Source: an uncultured Methylomirabilota bacterium (lineage in GTDB: Bacteria; Methylomirabilota; Methylomirabilia; Methylomirabilales; 2-02-FULL-66-22). From it: 64,000 nucleotides of DNA. The first letter of the stretch is position 1. Every line of letters begins with the position of its first letter. The position numbers and the translations under genes were made by a program. Location of the stretch: NCBI GenBank assembly GCA_963845565.1, contig CAWJSJ010000002.1, positions 1,440,001-1,504,000 of the forward strand. Reading direction: 5' to 3'. Below, piece after piece: positions 30,810-41,243 of this stretch. The notes under the pieces were generated by a model. It was not told the DNA's origin. It was given only the letters and a program-made list of their open reading frames with translations, and ran no database searches.

Positions 30810-32285
30810 ATGGATCGTGCGCGGCTTATCCGTGAGATGGCCCGGCTGGTCGGGCCGGAGTACGTTGTATCCGACCCCGCGGAGCTCAAGGTATACGAGA
30901 CGGACGGCCTGACGATCTTCAAGGCCACGCCGGACGTGGTCGTGCTGCCGGATAGCGCCGCTGCGGTCGCCGAGGTCGTCCGCCTGTGCGTACGGGAGCG
31001 CGTGCCGTTCGTGCCGAGGGGGGCAGGGACGGGCCTCTCCGGTGGCGCGCTGGCTCTCGAGGGCGGCGTCGTGATCGGCCTCAACCGGATGAACCGCGTC
31101 TTGGAGGTGGACTACGCCAATCAGCGGGCGGTCATCGAGCCAGGTCTGGTGAACATCTGGCTCTCCAATCAGGTGATTCCGGACGGCTACTACTACGCGC
31201 CGGACCCCGCCAGCCAGACCGCCTGCAGCGTGGGCGGCAACGTGGCCGAGAATTCGGGCGGGCCCCATTGTCTCAAATACGGAGTCACAACCAACCACGT
31301 TCTTGGGTTGGAGATCGTCCTCCCCTCGGGTGAGATCTTGGAGATCGGCTCCGCCTCCCCGGACCCGCCCGGGTACGACCTCACCGGGATCTTCGTGGGG
31401 TCCGAGGGGACGTTCGGCATCGTGACCAAGATCGTGGTGCGGCTTCTGAAGCGGCCCGAAGCCGTGAGGACCATGATGCTGGTCTTCGAAACCATCGCGG
31501 ACGCCAGCGCCACCGTCTCCGGGATCATCGGCCAGGGGATCATTCCGGCGGCCATCGAGATGATGGACAGCCTGAGCATCCAGGCCGTGGAGAAGGGGAC
31601 CCATGCCGGCTACCCGACGGACGCGGGGTCGGTGCTGCTCGTGGAGCTGGACGGCCCGCGTGCCGAGGTGGAAGCGCTCACCGACCCGGTCATCGCCGTG
31701 GGGCGCGGGAATCGGATGCGTGAAGTGCGTGTCGCCAAGGACGACACCGAACGGGCGCTCCTCTGGAAGGGCCGGAAGGCGGCCTTTGCGGCCATGGGTC
31801 AGATCAGCCCCGCGTATTATGTCCAGGACGGTGTGATCCCGCGGACGCAGCTTCTGAAGATCCTGGGCGAGATCGATGAGCTCGGCCGGAAGTATGGCCT
31901 TCGTGTGGCGAACGTCTTTCATGCCGGGGACGGGAACCTGCATCCGCTCATCCTCTATGACGATCGGGTGGAGGGAGAAATGCAGAGAGCCGAGGCCATG
32001 GGCGCAGAGATCATGCAGCGATGCATCGCCGCGGGCGGCAGCATCACCGGCGAGCACGGGGTGGGGTTCGAGAAACGGGACTTCATGCCCCTCATGTACT
32101 CGGCGGTCGACCTGGACGCCATGGCGAAGGTAAAGCGGGTTTGGAACCCCGACGGCCTGCTCAATCCCGGCAAGATCTTCCCGACGTCCAAATCGTGCGT
32201 CGAGGTGGGAAAAACCGGGAAGCCGCGGGACATCGGATACAAGCCACATCGGATCGAGCAGGAAGGGAAAGCGCAACGCTTTTAG
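30810..32285 (+). CDS. glcD: Glycolate oxidase subunit GlcD (FAD-linked)
   Basis: PRGAGTGLSGG, PDPASQ, HAGDGNLHP, GEHGVG. Confidence 0.93.
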   Translation: MDRARLIREMARLVGPEYVVSDPAELKVYETDGLTIFKATPDVVVLPDSAAAVAEVVRLCVRERVPFVPRGAGTGLSGGALALEGGVVIGLNRMNRVLEVDYANQRAVIEPGLVNIWLSNQVIPDGYYYAPDPASQTACSVGGNVAENSGGPHCLKYGVTTNHVLGLEIVLPSGEILEIGSASPDPPGYDLTGIFVGSEGTFGIVTKIVVRLLKRPEAVRTMMLVFETIADASATVSGIIGQGIIPAAIEMMDSLSIQAVEKGTHAGYPTDAGSVLLVELDGPRAEVEALTDPVIAVGRGNRMREVRVAKDDTERALLWKGRKAAFAAMGQISPAYYVQDGVIPRTQLLKILGEIDELGRKYGLRVANVFHAGDGNLHPLILYDDRVEGEMQRAEAMGAEIMQRCIAAGGSITGEHGVGFEKRDFMPLMYSAVDLDAMAKVKRVWNPDGLLNPGKIFPTSKSCVEVGKTGKPRDIGYKPHRIEQEGKAQRF

Positions 32286-32350
32286 CTATCAGCGCTCAGC
32301 CATCAGCTTTCGGATCCGAACTGAGCGCTGACCGCTGAATACTGAAAGCT
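32284..32350. repeat. 7-bp tandem repeat with inverted arm (AGCNNTC / CTGANNG)
   Basis: agctatc agcgctc agccatc agcttt ... ctgagcg ctgaccg ctgaata ctgaaag ct. Confidence 0.8.
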
Positions 32351-32366
32351 CACCAATCAGGTTGCC

Positions 32367-33703
32367 ATGTCAGACCTGGCGAAGACACTGGAAAGGATCG
32401 TGGGTGCGGAGCACCTCCTGGCCGACGGCGAGGCTCGCCGGTACGCCGTGGACGATGTGATGCCGGGATTGGCGGTGTTTCCCGGGAGTGTCGAACAGGT
32501 TTCCGCCACCCTGGCCGCGTGCAGCAAGGCGAAGGCCGCCGTGATTCCATGGGGCGGCGGCGCGCACATGGGTCTTGGGGGAGTGCCGAAGAAGGTTGAC
32601 GTGGTGTTGGCGCTCGGTCGGATGAATCAGGTCCTTGACCACGAGCCCGGCGACATGACGTCCACCGTGCAGGCGGGGATGATTGTTGAACGACTTTCAA
32701 TCGCGACTGGGTCGTCATGGCCAGTTCTTGAGCCTCGACCCGTCCGGAGGCGCCCGCGCTACCATCGGAGGAATCCTGGCCGCGAACGCGAGCGGCCCGC
32801 GCCGCCTCCGCTACGGAACGGCGCGGGACCTGCTCATCGGCCTGCGGGTCGTGGACGCCGGACGGCACGGTGACGAAGGGCGGGGCCAAGGTCGTCAAGA
32901 ACGTCACCGGCTATGACATGAACAAACTCTACGTCGGGTCGTTGGGAACGCTCGGCGTGATCGTCGAGGCGACGTTTCGCCTGTACCCGATCCCGACCAC
33001 GGAGCGCACCTGGGTGGCCTCGTTCTCCACGGCGGCGAAGACCCGGGAGGTTATTGGCAGGATCCTGGGATCACCACTGGTCCCGAGCGCCGTCGAACTC
33101 TTGAATGACACGGCGGCCGCGGAGGTCGCGCGGCATTCCAGCTCGATATCGGGTCTGCGGGGCGTCCTGCTGGCCGTGGCGATCGCCTCGGTGCCGGAGG
33201 CCGTCGAGGCCCAGTTGCGGTCGGCCCAGGCGATGGCGCAAGAAGCCAGCGGCGCCCTGGTCCTGGAGGGCGCGGCCCATGAGGCATTCTGGGCCGCGGT
33301 CCGAGACTTCGATCCCGGCGAAGGATCTGCCATGGTCCTTAAGGCCAGCGTTTTGTTGACCAAAGTGGCCGAGGCTGTCGAGCAGGGTGAGCGCCTGGCA
33401 GCGCAGCGAGGGATCCGTGTGGCCATCATCTCGGAGGCGGGGACGGGGATCGTCCGGTACTACTTCCGAGGGGACGACGGCGCGGACGGCATGAAGCGTT
33501 TGGCGGAGGTGGTAGACCCCCTCCGTGCTTTCGCGGTTGAGGCAAAAGGCAGCCTTGTGGTGCTGCAGGCCCCACCCGAGGTGAAGGCGTTGGTGGATGT
33601 GTGGGGGCCGGCCGGGAAGGGCTTCACGCTGATGCGAGGGCTGAAAGAGCAGTTCGACCCGGGCCACATCCTCAGCCCGGGTCGTTTCGTCGGTGGGCTC
33701 TGA
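32367..33703 (+). CDS. glcE: Glycolate oxidase subunit GlcE (frameshifts ~32683 and ~32860)
   Basis: HEPGDMT, ATIGG...GPRRLRYG, GAKVVKNVTGYD, FDP..ILSPGRF over three frames. Confidence 0.88.
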
Positions 33704-33725
33704 ATCGGCGAGGGGCGGCGAACCG

Positions 33726-35073
33726 ATGGCGCAGGTCCCGGGAGTATCCGAAACAGCGGTGAAGGCGGCGGAGAAAGCGCAACCGGGCGCCTTCGATCCG
33801 CTGGATCCGCCGTCGATGGACAAGATCCTGGACTGTGTCCACTGCGGGTTCTGTCTGCCGACGTGCCCGACGTATCTGGTCCTGGGAAACGAGATGGACT
33901 CGCCGCGGGGCCGGATCTACCTGATGCGCTCGGCAGCCGAGGGGCGCATCGGGATCGGCGACAGCTTCGTCAAACACATGAATCTGTGTCTGGTCTGCCG
34001 GGCCTGCGAGACCGCCTGTCCGTCCGGGGTCGAGTACGGCCATCTGATCGAAGCGGCGCGGGGACAGGTCGAACGACAGTACGAGTATCGGTTTACCGAC
34101 CGCGTCTTCCGGAAGTTTATCCTGCGCACATTCACCGATCGGAGACTTCTCCGGCTCCTCCTCGCGCCGATGCGGGCGTATCAGCGGCTTGGAGTTCCAG
34201 CGATTGGTGAGGAAGAGCGGCGTCCTCAGGCTGCTGGGGCGTTGGGGGGCCATGGAAGCCTTCATGCCGAGCATGCCGGACCCCGCCCTGGGTCGCGGTT
34301 TCCCCGAGGTCACCCCGGCCATCGGGCACCGGCGGGGCCGGGTCGCCCTGCTCCTCGGATGCGCCCAGCACGCGTTCTTTCCGGACGTCAACCTGGCCAC
34401 CGCGCGCGTACTGGCCGAAAACGGCTTCGAAGTGGTGGCGCCCGCGAGGCAGGGTTGCTGCGGGTCCCTCTTTGTCCATGAGGGGGAGCGGGAGCACGGG
34501 AAGACTCTGGCGCGGAGGGCGATCGAGGTGTTCGAGGCGACCGGGGCGGATTTCGTGGCGATCAATGCCGCCGGCTGCGGGTCGGTGATGAAAGACTACG
34601 GGGAGTTGCTGAAAGACGATCCGGACTTTGGGGCCCGGGCCGCCGCGTTGAGCCGCCGCGTCCGAGATGTGTCCGAGATCCTGGCGGAAACGGGACTGAA
34701 GGGGACGCTTCACCCGGTGAAGCTGCGCGTGGCGTATCACGACGCCTGCCACCTGGCGCACGGTCAGCGGGTCCGATCGCAGCCGCGGAGTCTCCTGGGG
34801 GCGATCCCCGGGCTCACGCTGGTGCCGCTGCAGGAGGCGGACTTCTGCTGCGGGAGCGCCGGAGTCTACAATCTCCTGCACCCCGAGGTCGCCAAGGAGT
34901 TCCTGAACCGCAAGCTGGATCGCCTGGCCCTGACCGGCGCCGACGTGGTGGTCGCCGGCAATCCCGGCTGCCTGCTCCAGATCGCCGCGGGCCTGCGCGA
35001 ACGCGGCATGCCCATGCGCGCCGCCCACACCATCGAACTGCTGGATTGGTCCTATCGAGGAGTCACGTCGTGA
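33726..35073 (+). CDS. glcF: Glycolate oxidase Fe-S subunit GlcF (frameshift ~34192)
   Basis: CVHCGFCLPTCP, CLVCRACETACP and two CCG domains. Confidence 0.9.
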
Positions 35074-35279
35074 CGGCCTGCGGAAAAGGCCCATCCGCCG
35101 ACACCCATTCTCCAGAAGGGCGCGGCGCCGCGACGCTCGGTCTCAGTACGAATCCAACGTCGGAGCACTCCAGGTTGGCACGGGCCGCCTGGAGGGCGGC
35201 TTCCATCCTATTGGTTTCGATCGGGGTTACGGCTTCCCTACCAGACCGGAAGCTCTGGCCCAGAGGCCACCGGTGACCC

Positions 35280-36025
35280 CTACCTGTGTTCCTCCGGATC
35301 GAGAGCCCACGCGGGCAACTCCTTCCCGGCCGCCCGCAACGTCCTGCGATGGTCCGGATAGGCGGGGCAGTACCGAGCGACCAGGTGCCAGAACGCGGGA
35401 GAATGATTGGGCTCCCGGGTATGGCAGAGCTCGTGCACCAAGACGTAGTCCAGGACGGCCGACGGGAGCAGCAGGAGCCGCGCGTTCAGGGAGATGGCGG
35501 CCCCGCGGGAGCAGCTTCCCCAGCGGCTTCGGGCGAGGCGGACCGTGCTCCGGGTGTAGGGGAGGCCACACCCGTGGCTTACCTCCGCCAACCGGGGTGG
35601 GAGATGGACCTGGCCCTGGCGGAGCAGCCAGCGCCGGAGCGCCCGGCGGCACGCCGCGGGGTCCCCGACGGGGCCGGCGACGACGAGTCCATCCGGGTTG
35701 GCGTCGAGCACGCGAATGCCGCGGGCAGCCGTGGGCCGCACCGTGACCGCCCAGCGCAGGCCGACGGCAGGCAGGGCGATCTCCGGCGGCAGGAGCCAGA
35801 CGGGGGCGGCGGCAGCGCCTGACGGCGCGCCGCAGCGTTGGCCTGCGCCGTCTGGATCCACGCCGCTTCGCGCAGCAGGATGCGGGTAATCGTGCGCGGG
35901 GCGTAGCGCCGAGGCGCGACGACCTCCAGGGCACCGGTGACCGTGACGCGCAAGGAAATCCCCCGCGCCCACGGGGTGACGCGGAGTCGGTAGTCCGACC
36001 GGCGGATTGTTGCTCCACAAGGCAT
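35280..36025 (-). CDS. M48/YgjP (DUF45) metallopeptidase-like protein (frameshift ~35804)
   Basis: YRLRV...ISLRV...LEVVAP N-terminus in one frame; RWGSCS, HELCH, NHSPAFW in another; start uncertain. Confidence 0.78.
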
Positions 36026-36199
36026 GCTCCGGGTTCGTAAGCGAGCGGGGCGCAGGGCGCAGGAAAACCGAGCAGTGCGCGGGTGTGGACGGAGACGGCA
36101 CTGATCGACTTGTCGATCGGTCGCTGGGCAGCGAGGGGCGGGAAGCTGCGACGCTGTCGTTGTCGGACGGTGGCGACAGGAGCCGCAACAGCGACTGCC

Positions 36200-36842
36200 G
36201 GTGCAGGGCAGCGTTCCGCCGAGGGCTGCTCAGGTAATAGTGCCACAGAATCCTCGCGGCGACGGCTCGCCACGGGCGCCAGGCCTCCCCGATCTTCTGG
36301 AGTCTTTCGGGTGTTGGCCTCTTGCGCAGGCGTTTGACGCGCTGAACTGCGACGGCGAGCGCCAGGTCGCCGTTCGGCCAGGTATCTGGGCGCCGCAAGC
36401 CCATCATCAGGTAGATGTCCGCCGTCCACGATCCGATTCCCTTGACCGCTATCAACCGAGCCTTCGCCTCGGAATCGTCGAGGGTCTCGATCAGCGCAAG
36501 ATCGAGTCTGCCGTCGAGGATAGCTTCGGCGAGGCCTCGGCCGTACGCGGTCTTCTGCCGACTGAAGCCGATGCTCTTCAATTCTTCATCTCGGAGTGCC
36601 AGGAACCGCTCGGGCGCGAGTTGTCCCGTGGCGGACACGAGGCGATGGTACGCGGCTCTTGCGGATGCCAGAGAGACCTGCTGCTCCAGGATGATGTGGA
36701 TCAGCGTGGGAAATCCCGGCTCTCTGGCCCACAGTGGCGGCGGACCGTAGACGGACACGATTGCGGCGAGATCGGAGTCTTGAGCGGTGAGCCGGCGCGT
36801 CGCGCTGCGAAGGGATCGCTCAGTGAGGAAGCGTGCACTCAT
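36200..36842 (-). CDS. alkA: DNA-3-methyladenine glycosylase II (AlkA-like); stop codon unresolved
   Basis: LEQQVSLASA, HhH KGIGSWTAD, WP.GDLAL, WRPWR; left coordinate is the approximate end of homology. Confidence 0.85.
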
Positions 36843-36900
36843 ACCTTGGCGTTCCTTGGTCCTGCGAAGAAACGACCGGTTCAGGGCCGAGAGGTCGAGG

Positions 36901-37671
36901 TCAGACCGGCCGGCACACCTGGCACGCGCGGTACCCGCTCGACCTGGCGTCGGTGCCGGACGCGAAATGGATCCGGCCGCCCTCGCGGATGCGCCGCTCG
37001 TGGGCGCAGCCCTTCCGACAGAAGATTTGGGTGGAGGCGCAACCGACGTAGGGCGTCGTGCTCCGTTCCAGGTTTAGCAGGGCTTCCTTCTGAACGAGGC
37101 CGAAGGAGTACCCGCCCAGTCCGCCGTCGGTCTTCACCACCCGATGGCAGGGGACGATGAGCGGCACGGGATTACCTGCCATGGCGCCGCCTACCGCTCG
37201 TGCGGCATCAGGCTTCCCGAGCTCCTCGGCGATCCATTTATAGCTTCGCACCTCGCCATATGGGATCGTTGCCGCGACATCAAGGGCGCCGCGGTCGAAT
37301 TCCGGGACCGTCGACAGGTCTACCGGGACGGTGAAGAACGTCCGCTCGCCGGCCAGGTACTCTGCGATCTCTCGCCGCGCTTGGTCGAGCAGTTTGCCGA
37401 CCTTCCCCGCCGGCTGCCGCGTGGCCCCCGCCCCTCTGGAGCGGCGGTACGCGACCTGGGTGATACCCACCGGAGACGCGGTGAGGTCCAATTGTGCGAG
37501 GAGTTCCGTCGGAGTCGGTCGATCGAACTGCAGGGCAATCTGCTCCATGATTCGCCTCGTCAAGTGTGGCGTGCCGACCGGGAGGGCGAACGCCTCTCGG
37601 AGCCAGGATTCGGTTCCCGCTTTTGCTTCGGGCAACTGTTTCCTTCTTGGGCGTCCGTTGAGCGTCTTCAC
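36901..37671 (-). CDS. ogt: Methylated-DNA-protein cysteine methyltransferase with C-terminal Ada zinc domain
   Basis: IPYGEVRSY, ARAVG, PCHRVV, then IFCRKGC...GYRACQVCRP. Confidence 0.9.
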   Translation of the reverse strand: MKTLNGRPRRKQLPEAKAGTESWLREAFALPVGTPHLTRRIMEQIALQFDRPTPTELLAQLDLTASPVGITQVAYRRSRGAGATRQPAGKVGKLLDQARREIAEYLAGERTFFTVPVDLSTVPEFDRGALDVAATIPYGEVRSYKWIAEELGKPDAARAVGGAMAGNPVPLIVPCHRVVKTDGGLGGYSFGLVQKEALLNLERSTTPYVGCASTQIFCRKGCAHERRIREGGRIHFASGTDARSSGYRACQVCRPV

Positions 37672-38213
37672 GATCTATCCACCCCCCGAGCTCGCAACGC
37701 CTTGCGAAGGGCCGCTCGTCCCCTCCGGAGATGAGTCTTCACCGTATGCACGGAGATTCCCCGGATGGCGCCGATATCCTGATAGGTCCGTCCTTCTCCG
37801 TAGTACAACGTGATCACGATCCGTGCCTCGACGGGAATGGTCGCCAGAGCCGCTCGGAGCAACCGATCCCGTTCGCGCTCTGCGAGGACGCGGTCCGGCG
37901 TTTCGGTGGTGGAGAAATCCAGACCATCCAGGGAAGCTGTCGACCGGGCGCGGCGCAACTGGTCGATGCATGCGTTGGTGAGGATGCGGTAAAACCAGGT
38001 GTTGAGCCGCCAGCGGGACCGGTACGCCGCGCGGCTCTCGTAGAGTCGCAGAAACGCGTGCTGGACGGCATCCTCCGCATCCGCCCGATTTCCCAACAAT
38101 CGCAGGGCCACGGAAAAGGCGCGCCGCTGGTACCGGTCCGCCAGAACGGCAAACGCCGTGTGGTCCCCGGCTTGAACTCTCTTGAATGCCGCCTCATCGC
38201 TCTCTGGCACCAT
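37668..38213 (-). CDS. ECF RNA polymerase sigma factor
   Basis: DAEDAVQ, TWFYRI..NACID, region 4 TVKTHL.RGR. Confidence 0.92.
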   Translation of the reverse strand: MVPESDEAAFKRVQAGDHTAFAVLADRYQRRAFSVALRLLGNRADAEDAVQHAFLRLYESRAAYRSRWRLNTWFYRILTNACIDQLRRARSTASLDGLDFSTTETPDRVLAERERDRLLRAALATIPVEARIVITLYYGEGRTYQDIGAIRGISVHTVKTHLRRGRAALRKALRARGVDRS

Positions 38214-38383
38214 CAGCCTCGTCGAGGTATACGGGGGAGGACCCGAAAAGGGTGAATGCCACTCGAGAATACCACGCCATGTCCGGATCGTCCTCATCGG
38301 GCGAAAAAGGCGTTGCCATCCTGCGGGGATACGTGGTATCGGAAAGCGTCAATTCTCTCTCACCCATCCAAGGAGGCGACCTG

Positions 38384-39037
38384 ATGAATCCACGCGAGAT
38401 CTGCGAACGGTACGAAAAGCTGTACACCGGGGCCGTGGCCGACATCCTCGACGAGAAGGGGTTCCGGAAGCAGTGCCTGGGGCCGGCCTTGCGTCCCCTC
38501 TTTCCGGATCGCCGCGCCGCGGGATTCGCCTTCCCGGCTCTCGGCGAGGCCTGCGCGGATGTCGGCTACGACTGCCGCCCGGAGATCCTGACATTCCTGG
38601 GCGCGATCCCGGCGGAGTCCATGGTCGTCTTCGACCCGGGCAAGGAGAAGGTCTGTGCGGCCTGGGGGGAGTTCATGGCCCTGGCGGCCCGGAACAACGG
38701 CTGCCGCGGGGTGGTGGTGGACGGGACGATTCGCGACGCCGAGATGATCATGCAGGCGGGCTTCCAGATCTTCGGCACCGGCTTCTGGCCGGTCTCGTCT
38801 GTGGGGCGCTGGCGCCCCGTGCATGTCGGCCACCCCATCCTCTTCCATGGTGTCGAGATCCGGCCGGGTGACCTGGTTCTGGGAGACATCGACGGCGTGG
38901 TGGTCGTCCCACGGCCGCTGGTCGAGGAGGTCCTGCTGGCCGCCGAGGAGTGCTTCCGCGCGGAGCGGAGCATGAAAGAGGAGTTGCGGGCCGGCAAGAC
39001 GATGGCCGAGGTATTCGCCAAGTACGGCCGCTGGTAA
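38384..39037 (+). CDS. RraA/HMG-CHA aldolase family protein
   Basis: WGEFMA, GVVVDGTIRD, PGDLVLGDIDGVVVVP. Confidence 0.88.
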   Translation: MNPREICERYEKLYTGAVADILDEKGFRKQCLGPALRPLFPDRRAAGFAFPALGEACADVGYDCRPEILTFLGAIPAESMVVFDPGKEKVCAAWGEFMALAARNNGCRGVVVDGTIRDAEMIMQAGFQIFGTGFWPVSSVGRWRPVHVGHPILFHGVEIRPGDLVLGDIDGVVVVPRPLVEEVLLAAEECFRAERSMKEELRAGKTMAEVFAKYGRW

Positions 39038-39053
39038 AGATCCGCAGCCGAGA

Positions 39054-39090
39054 ACGCAACGCCCCCGGGAAGGCTCCAGGGGCGTTGCGT
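39054..39090. terminator. Stem-loop between convergent genes
   Basis: acgcaacgcccc...ggggcgttgcgt. Confidence 0.7.
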
Positions 39091-39134
39091 ATTCATGTCA
39101 GCCATCCCAGGTTACTGAGGAACTCGTAGCCTCT

Positions 39135-39260
39135 CAGGCTGCTCAAAACGGTCCAGATGCCAGGCGGCGAGCGTAAGGCCGAGTGAGGCGTACTCCAGGT
39201 ACGCCGCAACGAGTGCCTAAGCGAGCCAACGCGGCAGATGGGCCGTTTTCAGCAGCCTGC
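39135..39260. mobile_element. MITE-like repeat (family A), copy 4, inverted
   Basis: caggctgctcaaaacggtccagatg...cagatgggccgttttcagcagcctgc. Confidence 0.78.
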
Positions 39261-40244
39261 GGCCGCGGCGATCATGGCGCGGATATTGTCCAGCGGGGTG
39301 TCCGGGGCCACAGCGCAGCCGGCGTTGAGTGCGTCCACGCCTTCCGCCAGGCATTGCCGGGAAGCCTCGCGGACGTCCGCCGGCGAACCGTCCAGGAGGA
39401 GGGAGGTCGAGACGTAGCCGATTAGGGCCGCCTTGCCCTTGAGGTGAGTGCGAGCCGCTTGCACGTCGGTCTTCACGTCGAAGCTGACGCCGCGGAATCC
39501 GACCGACGCCAGGTGGGGGAGGTGGCGGGTGATGTTCCCGCAGATGTGGGTGAGGAGCGGACGGTCTAGGCCGTTCACGAGCTGGCGGTGGTATGGCGCG
39601 ATGAACTCCTGGTATTGCGCCGGCGAAATGAGGTCCCCGGAGGCGGTCGGCTCGCCAATCTGCACGACGTGAGACCCCGCCTGGTACTGTGCGCGGAGGT
39701 AGCGGGCGACCAGGGGGGTGGCCGCGGTCATGGCCGCATGGACCTTCTCTGGCTCCTCGATCATCCAGATCAGCAGAGTCTCGACGCCGAAGAGGCAGCC
39801 TGCGAGCGTGAACGGCCCCAGGGAGGACGTGATGACCGGCGCGGCCTCGCCGTGCTGCTTTCGCGCGATGCGGATGGCTTCCAGGACGATCGGGAAGCGG
39901 CCCCGGGTCATGAGATCCTCTCCGACCATGAATTGCTCGGGGGATTCGAAGAGGGGCGCCCGGATCTTGGGGAGTGTCGTGTTTCCTCCGAAGTCGATGT
40001 CCGCGCCCAGGGCCCCGGCTTCCACGGTCATGTCGAAGGGGACCTTCACGGATTCCAGGCCACAGACGACATGGGCCGCCGCTCCGGCGCGGACCATCTG
40101 CTCCGGGTCATGGTGCGCGTCCGGCCACTGGGTGTCCACCTGTCGCATCAGGTCAACGGTGACCACGCTGGTCAGGCCGATAACCGGGGTGCGGTCCACC
40201 GGTTCCCTCGCGAGGACGCGAAGGAGGCGTTCAACCGAATTCAT
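39249..40244 (-). CDS. MtaA/CmuA-type methyltransferase (uroporphyrinogen decarboxylase family)
   Basis: VEAGALG, GPFTLA, HICG and AGC putative zinc ligands. Confidence 0.85.
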   Translation of the reverse strand: MNSVERLLRVLAREPVDRTPVIGLTSVVTVDLMRQVDTQWPDAHHDPEQMVRAGAAAHVVCGLESVKVPFDMTVEAGALGADIDFGGNTTLPKIRAPLFESPEQFMVGEDLMTRGRFPIVLEAIRIARKQHGEAAPVITSSLGPFTLAGCLFGVETLLIWMIEEPEKVHAAMTAATPLVARYLRAQYQAGSHVVQIGEPTASGDLISPAQYQEFIAPYHRQLVNGLDRPLLTHICGNITRHLPHLASVGFRGVSFDVKTDVQAARTHLKGKAALIGYVSTSLLLDGSPADVREASRQCLAEGVDALNAGCAVAPDTPLDNIRAMIAAAAGC

Positions 40245-40385
40245 GAGTGCCTCCTCAATTTCTGACCCCCAAGGGTCGTGGAGCAGGTGGGACGGCAGCG
40301 TGTTGGAGCGACTGAAAAGGGCGATGGGGCCGGCAGCGATCCGTCGCCACTCGGCCCCATAGCGTCATCAGGATTCCTTACGCCC

Positions 40386-41153
40386 TCAGGCGGGCTTGTA
40401 CGGGGTAAACTCGGCCTTGAACTTCGCCAGCGACTCGCGGATGGTGTCCGAATCGCCAAGCTTCTTGCGCTCGGTGACCAGCTCCAGGGGCGCCGACATG
40501 CCCAGCACCGGGCAGAAGCCCCGCTTGCTGATCTGCTCCTGGAAGCCGGCGCCCGTCTTCACGTTCACGCCGCCCGTGGGCATGACCATCTTCCCGTTGT
40601 GCCGCTCGCGCTGGTACGGGGCAAGGAGAGCGCCCACGCCGCTGGGCCCGTAGACGCTGGCATTGAAGATCTTGATCCCGTCCGGCTCCAAGCCGTCCTC
40701 CCGCTCCAGGAAGTAGGCGAACTCGGAGGGGGAGAAGGCTCCCGGCACACCGAAGCACTTGGCGGCCCGGACGATCTTGACGAAGTCGATGCGCTCGCGA
40801 CAGCCACCCATGCCCGAGTCGGGCCCGACGATCATGTCGAAACCCATCTCGATGGCCGTCTCCAGCTCGCGGGGATTGATGACGCTGCCCACGCCCAAGA
40901 GCATCGGGTCGCCGGGGCGCGCCTTCACACTGTCGATGCGCCGTTTCCGGAGCTCGGCCATGGCCTCTTTCAGGATGCCCTCGGGAATCCGGAAGGTGAC
41001 CTCGGCGATGAGGCCGGCCTCGTAGATCCCCAGCACGGTATTGATGACGTCCTGCGGCGTCTTGGCGTGGTCGCGGCCCATGACGACCACCACGCCTTTC
41101 TCCCGCAAGGTCTTCTCGACCCGCTTGGGGTCTCTAGTGTATACGTCGGACAT
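40386..41153 (-). CDS. KDPG/KHG aldolase-like protein
   Basis: EVTFR, GVGSV, IKIF, MPTGGV; follows kdgK. Confidence 0.78.
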   Translation of the reverse strand: MSDVYTRDPKRVEKTLREKGVVVVMGRDHAKTPQDVINTVLGIYEAGLIAEVTFRIPEGILKEAMAELRKRRIDSVKARPGDPMLLGVGSVINPRELETAIEMGFDMIVGPDSGMGGCRERIDFVKIVRAAKCFGVPGAFSPSEFAYFLEREDGLEPDGIKIFNASVYGPSGVGALLAPYQRERHNGKMVMPTGGVNVKTGAGFQEQISKRGFCPVLGMSAPLELVTERKKLGDSDTIRESLAKFKAEFTPYKPA

Positions 41154-41243
41154 GATTGCCTCCTCTTTCCCGTGGATTGAAACGAGTACGAAAGACTGCG
41201 GAGCAGTGCGGGAGGACGCTCCTCGACCGCCCGGTGTCGCCAG

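Noticed and set aside
36100..36225. attC-like relic after alkA
   Set aside because: Only a vague left-arm resemblance; no matching right arm or core
18484..39260. CRISPR array
   Set aside because: Repeats are long and dispersed, with no repeat-spacer periodicity and no cas genes
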